Shown here: positions 28,886 through 43,155 of the stretch, in pieces
How positions within the stretch are numbered: the first letter of the stretch is position 1
Layout of the letters: the number at the start of each line of letters is the position of its first letter
NCBI RefSeq assembly: GCF_009914755.1
Contig: NC_060948.1
Length of the DNA: 64,000 bases
Reading direction: 5' to 3' (one strand)
Source of the DNA: the human T2T-CHM13v2.0 reference genome, Homo sapiens
Program-made: the position numbers and the translations under genes
The notes under the pieces: model-generated
Told to the model about the DNA's origin: nothing
What the model saw: only the letters and a program-made list of their open reading frames with translations
The model's database searches: none

Positions 28886-31800
28886 CCTGTCCATTACACT
28901 ACATTCCCTTCCATTCCAATGAATTCCATTCCATTCCAATCCATTCCTTTCCTTTCGCTTGCATTCCATTCTATTCCCTTCTACTACATACAATTTCACT
29001 CCATTCGTTCCCATTCCATTCAATTCCATTCCATTTGTTTCCATTCTCTTCGATTCCATTTCTTTATATTCCATGCCATTCGATTCCATTCTATTGGATT
29101 GCATTACATTCGTGTTCATTCCATTCCAGACCATTCCATTTGACTCCATTCCTTTCGAGCCCTTTCAATTTGAGTCCATTCCTTTCCAGTCCATTTCACT
29201 CCAGTCCATTACTATCCATTCCATACCATTCCATCCCATCCCATTCCATTCCATTCCATTCCATTCCATTCCATTCCATTCCATTGCATTCCATTCCATT
29301 CCATTCCATTGCACTGCACTCCATTCCATTACATTCTACTCTATCTGAGTCGATTTTATTGCATTAGATTCTATTCCATTGGATTACTTTCCATTCGATT
29401 ACATTCCATTCATGTACATTCCATTCCAGTCAATTACATTCGAGTTCATTACATTACATTCCAGTATATTCCATTGTATTCGATCCCATTCCTTTCAATT
29501 CCATTTCATTCGACTCCATTATATTCCATTCCATTCCACTCGAATCCATTCCATTAGAGGACATTCCATTCCAAAGCATTCCATTCCATTCCATAGCATT
29601 CCATTGCATTCGATTCCATTCCATTTGATGCCATTCCATTTGATGACATTCCATGACATTCCATTCCATTCGAGTCCATTCCGTTCCAATTCATTCCATT
29701 CCGTTTCATGAAATTCGAGTCCTTTCCAGTACATTTCATTCCAATCCCATCCAATCCAATCTACTCCATTCAATTCCTTTCCATTCCATTTGATTTGATT
29801 CCATTGATTTGATTCCGTTCAGTTTGATTCCATTCCGTGAAATTTCGTTCCATTCTATTCCATTGCATTACTTTCCATTCAATTCCATTCCATTTCATTT
29901 CAGTCCATTGGCTTTTTTTCCTTTCGATTCAATTCCATTTGATTCCACTCCATTCTATGCGATTTCATTCCAATCGATTCAATTCCATTCGATGACATTC
30001 CTTTCGTTTCCATTCCATTCGAGTCCATTCAATTTGAGCATTCGTGTCCATTCTATTCGAGTCCATTCCATTACCGTCTATTCTATTCCCTTCCATTCCT
30101 GTTGATTCAATTTCATTCCCTTCCATTCGATTCCTTTCCATTCGATTCCATTCCTTTCCATTCCATTCCATTCGTTCCCATTCCATGTGATTTCATTCCA
30201 TTCCAGTCCATTATATTCGAGTCCACTCCACTCCATTCTATTACATTCAATTCCTTTTGAGTCCGTTCCATAACACTCCATTCATTTCGATTCCATTTCT
30301 TGCCAGTTTTCTTCCATTTTATTCCATTCCGTTCGATTCCATTCCATTCGATTGCATTCCATTCGAATCCTTTCCATTCCATTTCATTCCATTCCTTTCT
30401 ATTCCATTCCATTTCATTCGATTTGATTCCATTCTGTTCTATTCCATTCAATTCTTTTTCATTCCATTCGAATCCTTTCTATTGCAGTCCATTCCATTCG
30501 AGTCCATTCCAATCCCTTCCATTCCATTCCATTACAGTCCATTCCAATAGATTCCATTCCTTTGCCTTCCATTCGAATCCATTCCATTCTAGTCCATTCC
30601 ATTTGAGTCAATTCCATTCCATTCCATTCTATTCCTTTCCAATCCATTCGATTCCATTCGATTTAATTCCATTTGATTCTCTTTCATTCTATTTTATTCC
30701 ATGCCATTTGATTGCATTGCATTCCATTCCGTTTGATTCCAGTCCATCCAAGAAAGTTCCATTCCAGTCCATTGCTTTCCAGTCCATTCCATTCCACTCT
30801 AGTCTATTCCATTCCATTCCCTTCCATTGCATTCCATACTATTCCATTCCATTCCTTTGCATTCCGTTTCCAATCTATTCGAGTCCATTGCATTCCAGTC
30901 CAATCCATTCGATTACATTCCTTTTGATTCCCTGCCAGTCGATTGCATTGCATACTACAGCATTCCAAAGGAGTTCATTCCATTCTATCTCCACACTTTC
31001 CATTCCACTCTGTTTGAGTCCATTCCATTCCAGTCCATTTAATTCAAGGGCATTCCATTCCATTCCATTCCATTCCATTTCATATTATTCCATTCCATTC
31101 AATTCCATTCCAGATGATTCCATTCCATTCTATACCATTGCTCTCTGTTCCATTCCATTCCATCTGTCTCCATTCCTTTCGTTTCGATTCCTTTCCATTC
31201 CATTCCATTACATTTGATCCTATTTTATTAAATTGCATTCTATTCGAGTGATTTCCATTCGAGTCCTTTCCATTCGATTCCATTCCATTCTATTCCATTC
31301 CTTTGGATTCCATTCCATTCCGTTCCGTTCACATCAATTCCTGGCGATTCCATTACATTCGATTTCTTGCCATTCGATTCCATTCCTTTTCACTCCATTT
31401 TATTCGATTCCATTCCATTCCATTAATTTCCATTCCATTCGAGACCTTTCCATTGCAGTCTTTTCCCTTCGAGTCCATTCCGTTCGATTCCCTTCCGTTC
31501 GATTCCCTTCCATTCGATTCCATTCCATTGGAGTCCGTACCAGTCGAGTCCATTCTATTCCAGTCCATTAGTTTCGACTCCATTGCATTCGAGTGCATTC
31601 CATTCCGTGGCTGTCCATTCCATTCCGTTTGATGCCATTCCATACGATTCCATTCAATTCGAGACCATTCTATTCCTGTCCATTCCTTGTGGTTCGATTC
31701 CATTTCACTCTAGTCCATTCCATTCCATTCAATTCCATTCGACTCTATTCCGTTCCATTCAATTCCATTCCATTCGATTCCATTTTTTTCGAGAACCTTC

Positions 31801-32454
31801 CATTACACTCCCTTCCATTCCAGTGCATTCCATTCCAGTCTCTTCAGTTCGATTCCATTCCATTCGTTTCGATTCCTTTCCATTCCAGCCCATTCCATTC
31901 CATTCCATTCCTTTCCTTTCCGTTTCATTAGATTCCATTGCATTCGATTCCATTCAATTCAATTCCGTGCTATTCAATTTGATTCATTTCCATTTAATTC
32001 CATTCCATTAGATTCCATTCCGTACGATTCCATTCCTTTTGAATCCATTCCATTGGAGTCCATTCACTTCCAGAACATTCCATTCCAGTCGAATCCATTC
32101 GAGTACATTCCATTAAAGTTCATTGCATTCTAATACATTCCATTCCATTGCATTCCATTCCATTCCATTCGATGCCATTCGATTCCATTCCATGCCAAAT
32201 CATTGCATTCCTTTCCATTCCGTTCCTATCAATTCCATTCCATTCGATTTAGTTCGATTCTATTCACTTCCATTCCATTCGATTCCATTCCATTGGAGTC
32301 AATTCCTTTCGACACCCAGCCTTTCCAGTCAATGATTTTGGATTCCATTTTTTTGCATTCCATTACATTCTATGACATTCGATTCCGTTTCATTGCATTC
32401 CATTCCATACATTTTTATTCCATTCGAGACCGTAGCATTCCACTTTATTCCAGG
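28886..32454 (+). repeat. DYZ1 unit U9, 3569 bp
   Basis: GGCC 28884 to 32453; 15-bp deletion at ~29021, 15-bp duplication at 31481-31510. Confidence 0.92.
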
Positions 32455-35400
32455 CCTGTCCATTACACTACATTCCCTTCCATTCCAATGAATTCCATTC
32501 CATTCCAATCCATTCCTTTCCTTTCGCTTGCATTCCATTCTATTCTCTTCTACTGCATACAATTTCACTCCATTCGTTCCCATTCCATTCAATTCCATTC
32601 CATTCAATTCCATTCCATTTGTTTCCATTCTCTTCGATTCCATTTCTTTATATTCCATGCCATTCGATTCCATTCTATTGGGTTGCATTACATTCGTGTT
32701 CATTCCATTCCAGACCATTCCATTTGACTCCATTCCTTTCGAGACCTTTCAATTTGAGTCCATTCCTTTCCAGTCCATTTCACTCCAGTCCATTACTATC
32801 CATTCCATACCATTCCATCCCATTCCATTCCATTCCATTCCATTCCATTCCATTCCATTCCATTCCATTGCATTCCATTCCATTCCATTCCATTGCACTG
32901 CACTCCATTCCATTACATTCTACTCTATCTGAGTTGATTTTATTGCATTAGATTCTATTCCATTGGATTACTTTCCATTCGATTATATTCCATTCATGTA
33001 CATTCCATTCCAGTCAATTACATTCGAGTTCATTACGTTACATTCCAGTATATTCCATTGTATTCGATCCCATTCCTTTCAATTCCATTTCATTCGACTC
33101 CATTATATTCAATTCCATTCCACTCGAATCCCTTCCATTAGAGGACATTCCATGCGAATGCATTCCATTCCATTCCATAGCATTCCATTGCATTCGATTC
33201 CATTCCATTTGATGCCATTCCATTTGATGCCATTCCATGACATTCCATTCCATTCGAGTCCATTCCGTTCCAATTCATTCCATTCCGTTTCATGAAATTC
33301 GAGTCCTTTCCAGTACATTTCATTCCAATCCCATCCAATCCCATCTACTCCATTCAATTCCTTTCCATTCCATTTGATTTGATTCCATTGATTTGATTCC
33401 ATTCAGTTTGATTCCATTCCGTGAAATTTCGTTCCATTCTATTCCATTGCATTACTTTCCATTCAATTCCATTCCATTTCATTTCAGTCCATTCGCTTCC
33501 TTTCCTTTCGATTCAATTCCATTTGATTCCACTCCATTCTATGCGATTTCATTCCAATCGATTCAATTCCATTCGATGACATTCCTTTCGTTTCCATTCC
33601 ATTCGAGTCCATTTAATTTGAGCATTCGTGTCCATTCTATTCGAGTCCATTCCATTACAGTCTATTCTATTCCCTCCCATTCCTGTTGATTCAATTTCAT
33701 TCCCTTCCATTCGATTCCTTTCCATTCGATTCCATTCCTTTCCATTCCATTCCATTCGTTCCCATTCCATGTGATTTCATTCCATTCCAGTCCATTATAT
33801 TCGAGTCCACTCCACTCCATTCTATTACATTCAATTCCTTTTGAGTCCGTTCCATAACACTCCATTCATTTCGATTCCATTTCTTGCCAGTTTTCTTCCA
33901 TTTTATTCCATTCCGTTCGATTCCATTCCATTCGATTGCATTCCATTCGAATCCTTTCCATTCCATTTCATTCCATTCCTTTCTATTCCATTCCATTTCA
34001 TTCGATTTGATTCCATTCTGTTCTATTCCATTCAATTCTTTTTCATTCCATTCGAATCCTTTCTATTGCAGTCCATTCCATTCGAGTCCATTCCAATCCC
34101 TTCCATTCCATTCCATTACAGTCCATTCCAATAGATTCCATTCCTTTGCCTTCCATTCGAATCCATTCCATTCTAGTCCATTCCATTTGAGTCAATTCCA
34201 TTCCATTCCATTCTATTCCTTTCCAATCCATTCGATTCCATTCGATTCAATTCCATTTGATTCTCTTTCATTCTATTTTATTCCATGCCATTTGATTGCA
34301 TTGCATTCCATTCCGTTTGATTCCAGTCCATCCAAGAAAGTTCCATTCCAGTCCATTGCTTTCCAGTCCATTCCATTCCACTCTAGTCTATTCCACTCCA
34401 TTCCCTACCATTGCATTCCATACTATTCCATTCCATTCCTTTGCATTCCGTTTCCAATCTATTCGAGTCCATTGCATTCCAGTCCAATCCATTCGATTAC
34501 ATTCCTTTTGATTCCCTGCCAGTCGATTGCATTGCATACTACACCATTCCAAAGGAGTCCATTCCATTCTATCTCAACACTTTCCATTCCACTCTGTTCG
34601 AGTCCAGTCCATTTAATTCAAGGGCATTCCATTCCATTCCATTCCATTCCATTTCATATTATTCCATTCCATTCAATTCCATTCCACATGATTCCATTCC
34701 ATTCTATACCATTGCTCTCTGTTCCATTCCATTCCATCTGTCTCCATTCCTTCCGTTTCGATTCCTTTCCATTCCATTCTATTACATTTGATCCTATTTT
34801 ATTAAATTGCATTCTATTCGAGTGATTTCCATTCGAGTCCTTTCCATTCGATTCCATTCCATTCTATTCCATTCCTTTGGATTCCATTCCATTCCGTTCC
34901 GTTCACATCAATTCCTTGCGATTCCATTACATTCGATTTCTTGCCATTCGATTCCATTCCTTTTGATTCCATTTCATTCGATTCCATTCCATTCCATTAA
35001 TTTCCATTCCATTCGAGACCTTTCCATTGCAGTCTTTTCCCTTCGAGTCCATTCCGTTCGATTCCCTTCCATTCGATTCCATTCCATTGGAGTCCGTACC
35101 AGTCGAGTCCATTCTATTCCAGTCCATTAGTTTCGACTCCATTGCATTCGAGTGCATTCCATTCCGTGGCTGTCCATTCCATTCCGTTTGATGCCATTCC
35201 ATACGATTCCATTCAATTCGAGACCATTCTATTCCTGTCCATTCCTTTTCGTTCGATTCCATTTCACTCTAGTCCATTCCATTCCATTCAATTCCATGCG
35301 ACTCTATTCCGTTCCATTCAATTCCATTCCATTCGATTCCATTTTTTTCGAGAACCTTCCATTACACTCCCTTCCATTCCAGTGCATTCCATTCCAGTCT

Positions 35401-36012
35401 CTTCAGTTCGATTCCATTCCATTCGTTTCGATTCCTTTCCATTCCAGCCCATTCCATTCCATTCCATTCTTTCCTTTCCGTTTCATTAGATTCCATTGCA
35501 TTCGATTCCACTCAATTCAATTCCGTGCTATTCCATTTGATTCATTTCCATTTGATTCCATTCCATTAGATTCCATTCCGTTCGATTCCATTCCTTTCGA
35601 ATCCATTCCATTGGAGTCCATTCACTTCCAGAACATTCCATTCCAGTCGAATCCATTCGAGTACATTCCATTAATGTTCATTACATTCCAATACCTTCCA
35701 TTCCATTGCATTCCATTCCATTCCATTTGATGCCATTCGATTCCATTCCATGCCAAATCATTGCATTCCTTTCCATTCCGTTCCTATCAATTCCATTCCA
35801 TTCGATTTAGTTCGATTCTATTCACTTCCATTCCATTCGATTCCATTCCATTGCAGTCAATTCCTTTCGACCCCCAGCCTTTCCAGTCAATGATTATGGA
35901 GTCCATTTTTTTGCATTCCATTACATTCTATGACATTCGATTCCGTTTCATTGCATTCCATTCCATACATTTTTATTCCATTCGAGACCGTAGCATTCCA
36001 CTTTATTCCAGG
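32455..36012 (+). repeat. DYZ1 unit U10, 3558 bp
   Basis: GGCC 32453 to 36011; 1-bp deletion at ~35469. Confidence 0.92.
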
Positions 36013-39000
36013 CCTGTCCATTACACTACATTCCCTTCCATTCCAATGAATTCCATTCCATTGCAATCCATTCCTTTCCTTTCGCTTGCATTCCATTCTA
36101 TTCTCTTCTACTGCATACAATTTCACTCCATTCGTTCCCATTCCATTCAATTCCATTCCATTCAATTCCATTCCATTTGTTTCCATTCTCTTCGATTCCA
36201 TTTCTTTATATTCCATGCCATTCGATTCCATTCTATTGGATTGCATTACATTCGTGTTCATTCCATTCCAGACCATTCCATTTGACTCCATTCCTTTCGA
36301 GCCCTTTCAATTTCAGTCCATTCTTTTCCAGTCCATTTCATTCCAGTCCATTGCTATCCATTCCATACCATTCCATCCCATTCCATTCCATTCCATTCCA
36401 TTCCATTCCATTCCATTGCATTCCATTCCATTCCATTCCATTGCACTGCACTCCATTCCATTACATTCTACTCTATCTGAGTCGATTTTATTGCATTAGA
36501 TTCTATTCCATTGGATTACTTTCCATTCGATTACATTCCATTCATGTACATTCCATTCCAGTCAATTACATTCGAGTTCATTACATTACATTCCAGTATA
36601 TTCCATTGTATTCGATCCCATTCCTTTCAATTCCATTTCATTCGACTCCATTATATTCCATTCCATTCCACTCGAATCCATTCCATTAGAGGACATTCCA
36701 ATCCAATGCATTCCATTCCATTCCATAGCATTCCATTGCATTCGATTCCATTCCATTTGATGCCATTCCATTTGATGCCATTCCATGACATTCCATTCCA
36801 TTCGAGTCCATTCCGTTCCAATTCATTCCATTCTGTTTCATGAAATTCGAGTCCTTTCCAGTACATTTCATTCCAATCCCATCCAATCCAATCTACTCCA
36901 TTCAATTCCTTTCCATTCCATTTGATTTGATTCCATTGATTTGATTCCATTCAGTTTGATTCCATTCCGTGAAATTTCGTTCCATTCTATTCCATTGCAT
37001 TACTTTCCATTCAATTCCATTCCATTTCATTTCAGTCCATTCGCTTCCTTTCCTTTCGATTCAATTCCATTTGATTCCACTCCATTCTATGCGATTTCAT
37101 TCCAATCGATTCAATTCCATTCGATGACATTCCTTTCGTTTCCATTCCATTTGAGTCCATTCAATTTGAGCATTCGTGTCCATTCTATTCGAGTCCATTC
37201 CATTACCGTCTATTCTATTCCCTTCCATTCCTTTTGATTCAATTTCATTCCCTTCCATTCGATTCCTTTCCATTCGATTCCATTCCTTTCCATTCCATTC
37301 CATTCGTTCCCATTCCATGTGATTTCATTCCATTCCAGTCCATTATATTCGAGTCCACTCCACTCCATTCTATTACATTCAATTCCTTTTGAGGCCGTTC
37401 CATAACACTCCATTCATTTCGATTCCATTTCTTGCCAGTTTTCTTCCATTTTATTCCATTCCGTTCGATTCCATTCCATTCGATTGCATTCCATTCGAAT
37501 CCTTTCCATTCCATTTCATTCCATTCCTTTCTATTCCATTCCATTTCATTCGATTTGATTCCATTCTGTTCTATTCCATTCAATTCTTTTTCATTCCATT
37601 CGAATCCTTTCTATTGCAGTCCATTCCATTCGAGTCCATTCCAATCCCTTCCATTCCATTCCATTACAGTCCATTCCAATAGATTCCATTCCTTTGCCTT
37701 CCATTCGAATCCATTCCATTCTAGTCCATTCCATTTGAGTCAATTCCATTCCATTCCATTCTATTCCTTTCCAATCCATTCGATTCCATTCGATTCAATT
37801 CCATTTGATTCTCTTTCATTCTATTTTATTCCATGCCATTTGATTGCATTGCATTCCATTCCGTTTGATTCCAGTCCATTCAAGAAAGTTCCATTCCAGT
37901 CCATTGCTTTCCAGTCCATTCCATTCCACTCTAGTCTATTCCACTCCATTCCTTTCCATTCCATTCCATACTATTCCATTCCATTCCTTTGCATTCCGTT
38001 TCCAATCTATTCGAGTCCATTGCATTCCAGTCCAATCCATTCGATTACATTCCTTTTGATTCCCTCCCAGTCGATTGCATTGCCAACTAGACCATTCCAA
38101 AGGAGTTCATTCCATTCTATCTCAACACTTTCCATTCCACTCTGTTTGAGTCCATTCCATTCCAGTCCATTTAATTCAAGGGCATTCCATTCCATTCCAT
38201 TCCATTCCATTCCATTTCATATTATTCCATTCCATTCAATTCCATTCCAGATGATTCCATTCCATTGTATACCATTGCTCTCTGTTCCATTCCATTCCAT
38301 CTGTCTCCATTCCTTTCGTTTCGATTCCTTTCCATTCCATTCCATTACATTTGATCCTATTTTATTAAATTGCATTCTATTCGAGTGATTTCCATTGGAG
38401 TCCTTTCCATTCAATTCCATTCCATTCTATTCCATTCCTTTGGATTCCATTCCATTCCGTTCCGTTCACATCAATTCCTTGCGATTCCATTACATTCGAT
38501 TTCTTGCCATTCGATTCCATTCCTTTTGACTCCATTTCATTCGATTCCATTCCATTCCATTAATTTCCATTCCATTCGAGACCTTTCCATTGCAGTCTTT
38601 TCCCTTCGAGTCCATTCCGTTCGATTCCCTTCCATTCGATTCCATTCCATTGGAGTCCGTACCAGTCGAGTCCATTCTATTCCAGTCCATTAGTTTCGAC
38701 TCCATTGCATTCGAGTGCATTCCATTCCGTGGCTGTCCATTCCATTCCGTTTGATGCCATTCCATACGATTCCATTCAATTCGAGACCATTCTATTCCTG
38801 CCCATTCCTTGTGGTTCGATTCCATTTCACTCTAGTCCATTCCATTCCATTCAATTCCATGCGACTCTATTCCGTTCCATTCAATTGCATTCCATTCGAT
38901 TCCATTTTTTTCGAGAACCTTCCATTACACTCCCTTCCATTCCAGTGCATTCCATTCCAGTCTCTTCAGTTCGATTCCATTCCATTCGTTTCGATTCCTT

Positions 39001-39576
39001 TCCATTCCAGCCCATTCCATTCCATTCCATTCCTTTCCTTTCCGTTTCATTAGATTCCATTGCATTCCATTCCATTCAATTCAATTCCGTGCTATTCAAT
39101 TTGATTCATTTCCATTTAATTCCATTCCATTAGATTCCATTCCGTACGATTCCATTCCTTTGGAATCCATTCCATTGGAGTCCATTCACTTCCAGAACAT
39201 TCCATTCCAGTCGAATCCATTCGAGTACATTCGATTAAAGTTCATTACATTCTAATACATTCCATTCCATTGCATTCCATTCCATTCCATTCGATGCCAT
39301 TCGATTCCATTCCATGCCAAATCATTGCATTCCTTTCCATTCCGTTCCTATCAATTCCATTCCATTCGATTTAGTTCGATTCTATTCACTTCCATTCCAT
39401 TCGATTCCATTCCATTGGAGTCAATTCCTTTCGACACCCAGCCTTTCCATTCAATGATTTTGGATTCCATTTTTTTGCATTCCATTACATTCTATGACAT
39501 TCGATTCCGTTTCATTGCATTCCATTCCATACATTTTTATTCCATTCGAGACCGTAGCATTCCACTTTATTCCAGG
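36013..39576 (+). repeat. DYZ1 unit U11, 3564 bp
   Basis: GGCC 36011 to 39575; extra GGCC at 37393. Confidence 0.92.
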
Positions 39577-42500
39577 CCTGTCCATTACACTACATTCCCT
39601 TCCATTCCAATGAATTCCATTCCATTCCAATCCATTCCTTTCCTTTCGCTTGCATTCCATTCTATTCTCTTCTACTGCATACAATTTCACTCCATTCGTT
39701 CACATTCCATTCAATTCCATTCCATTCAATTCCATTCCATTTGTTTCCATTCTCTTCGATTCCATTTCTTTATATTCCATGCCATTCGATTCCATTCTAT
39801 TGGATTGCATTACATTCGTGTTCATTCCATTCCAGACCATTCCATTTGACTCCATTCCTTTCGAGACCTTTCAATTTGAGTCCATTCCTTTCCAGTCCAT
39901 TTCACTCCAGTCCATTACTATCCATTCCATACCATTCCATCCCATTCCATTCCATTCCATTCCATTCCATTCCTTTCCATTCCATTGCATTCCATTCCAT
40001 TCCATTCCATTGCACTGCACTCCATTCCATTACATTCTACTCTATCTGAGTCGATTTTATTGCATTAGATTCTATTCCATTGGATTACTTTCCATTCGAT
40101 TACATTCCATTCATGTACATTCCATTCCAGTCAATTACATTCGAGTTCATTACATTACATTCCAGTATATTCCATTGTATTCGATCCCATTCCTTTCAAT
40201 TCCATTTCATTCGACTCCATTATATTCCATTCCATTCCACTCGAATCCATTCCATTAGAGGACATTCCATTCCAATGCATTCCATTCCATTCCATAGCAT
40301 TCCATTGCATTCGATTCCATTCCATTTGATGCCATTCCATTTGATGCCATTCCATGACATTCCATTCCATTCGAGTCCATTCCGTTCCAATTCATTCCAT
40401 TCCGTTTCATGAAATTCGAGTCCTTTCCAGTACATTTCATTCCAATCCCATCCAATCCAATCTACTCCATTCAATTCCTTTCCATTCCATTTGATTTGAT
40501 TCCATTGATTTGATTCCATTCAGTTTGATTCCATTCCGTGAAATTTCGTTCCATTCTATTCCATTGCATTACTTTCCATTCAATTCCATTCCATTTCATT
40601 TCAGCCCATTCGCTTCCTTTCCTTTCGATTCAATTCCATTTGATTCCACTCCATTCTACGCGATTTCATTCCAATCGATTCAATTCCATTCGATGACATT
40701 CCTTTCGTTTCCATTCCATTCGAGTCCATTCAATTTGAGCATTCGTGTCCATTCTATTCGAGTCCATTCCATTACCGTCTATTCTATTCCCTTCCATTCC
40801 TTTTGATTCAATTTCATTCCCTTCCATTCGATTCCTTTCCATTCGATTCCATTCCTTTCCATTCCATTCCATTCGTTCCCATTCCATGTGATTTCATTCC
40901 ATTCCATTCCATTATATTCGAGTCCACTCCACTCCATTCTATTACATTCAATTCCTTTTGAGTCCGTTCCATAACACTCCATTCATTTCGATTCCATTTC
41001 TTGCCAGTTTTCTTCCATTTTATCCCATTCCGTTCGTTCCCATTCCATTCGATTGCATTCCATTCGAATCCTTTCCATTCCATTTCATTCCATTCCTTTC
41101 TATTCCATTCCATTTCATTCGATTTGATTCCATTCTGTTCTATTCCATTCAATTCTTTTTCATTCCATTCGAATCCTTTCTATTGCAGTCCATTCCATTC
41201 GAGTCCATTCCAATCCCTTCCATTCCATTCCATTACAGTCCATTCCAATAGATTCCATTCCTTTGCCTTCCATTCGAATCCATTCCATTCTAGTCCATTC
41301 CATTTGAGTCAATTCCATTCCATTCCATTCTATTCCTTTCCAATCCATTCGATTCCATTCGATTCAATTCCATTTGATTCTCTTTCATTCTATTTTATTC
41401 CATGCCATTTGATTGCATTGCATTCCATTCCGTTTGATTCCAGTCCATTCAAGAAAGTTCCATTCCAGTCCATTGCTTTCCAGTCCATTCCATTCCATTC
41501 TAGTCTATTCCACTCCATTCCTTTCCATTCCATTCCATACTATTCCATTCCATTCCTTTGCATTCCGTTTCCAATCTATTCGAGTCCATTGCATTCCAGT
41601 CCAATCCATTCGATTACATTCCTTTTGATTCCCTGCCAGTCGATTGCATTGCCTACTAGACCATTCCAAAGGAGTTCATTCCATTCTATCTCAACACTTT
41701 CCATTCCACTCTGTTTGAGTCCATTCCATTCCAGTCCATTTAATTCAAGGGCATTCCATTCCATTCCATTCCATTCCATTCCATTCCATTCCATTTCATA
41801 TTATTCCATTCCATTCAATTCCATTCCAGATGATTCCATTCCATTCTATACCATTGCTCTCTGTTCCATTCCATTCCATCTGTCTCCATTCCTTCCGTTT
41901 CGATTCCTTTCCATTCCATTCTATTACATTTGATCCTATTTTATTAAATTGCATTCTATTCGAGTGATTTCCATTCGAGTCCTTTCCATTCGATTCCATT
42001 CCATTCTATTCCATTCCTTTGGATTCCATTCCATTCCGTTCCGTTCACATCAATTCCTTGTGATTCCATTACATTCGATTTCTTGCCATTCGATTCCATT
42101 CCTTTTGATTCCATTTCATTCGATTCCATTCCATTCCATTAATTTCCATTCCATTCGAGACCTTTCCATTGCAGTCTTTTCCCTTAGAGTCCATTCCGTT
42201 CGATTCCCTTCCATTCGATTCCATTCCATTGGAGTCCGTACCAGTCGAGTCCATTCTATTCCAGTCCATTAGTTTCGACTCCATTGCATTCGAGTGCATT
42301 CCATTCCGTGGCTGTCCATTCCATTCCGTTTGATGCCATTCCATACGATTCCATTCAATTCGAGACCATTCTATTCCTGTCCATTCCTTTTCGTTCGATT
42401 CCATTTCACTCTAGTCCATTCCATTCCATTCAATTCCATGCGACTCTATTCCGTTCCATTCAATTCCATTCCATTTGCTTCCATTTTTTTTCGAGAACCT

Positions 42501-43155
42501 TCCATTACACTCCCTTCCATTCCAGTGCATTCCATTCCAGTCTCTTCAGTTCGATTCCATTCCATTCGTTTCGATTCCTTTCCATTCCAGCCCATTCCAT
42601 TCCATTCCATTCTTTCCTTTCCGTTTCATTAGATTCCATTGCATTCGATTCCATTCAATTCAATTCCGTGCTATTCCATTTGATTCATTTCCATTTAATT
42701 CCATTCCATTAGATTCCATTCCGTTCGATTCCATTCCTTTCGAATCCATTCCATTGGAGTCCATTCACTTCCAGAACATTCCATTCCAGTCGAATCCATT
42801 CGAGTACATTCCATTAATGTTCATTACATTCTAATACATTCCATTCCATTGCATTCCATTCCATTCCATTTGATGCCATTCGATTCCATTCCATGCCAAA
42901 TCATTGCATTCCTTTCCATTCCGTTCCTATCAATTCCATTCCATTCGATTTAGTTCGATTCTATTCACTTCCATTCCATTCGATTCCATTCCATTGCAGT
43001 CAATTCCTTTCGACCCCCAGCCTTTCCAGTCAATGATTTTGGAGTCCATTTTTTTGCATTCCATTACATTCTATGACATTCGATTCCGTTTCATTGCATT
43101 CCATTCCATACATTTTTATTCCATTCGAGACCGTAGCATTCCACTTTATTCCAGG
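39577..43155 (+). repeat. DYZ1 unit U12, 3579 bp (longest)
   Basis: GGCC 39575 to 43154; 8 CATTC after AAGGG; +1 T at ~42490 and -1 C at ~42612. Confidence 0.92.
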
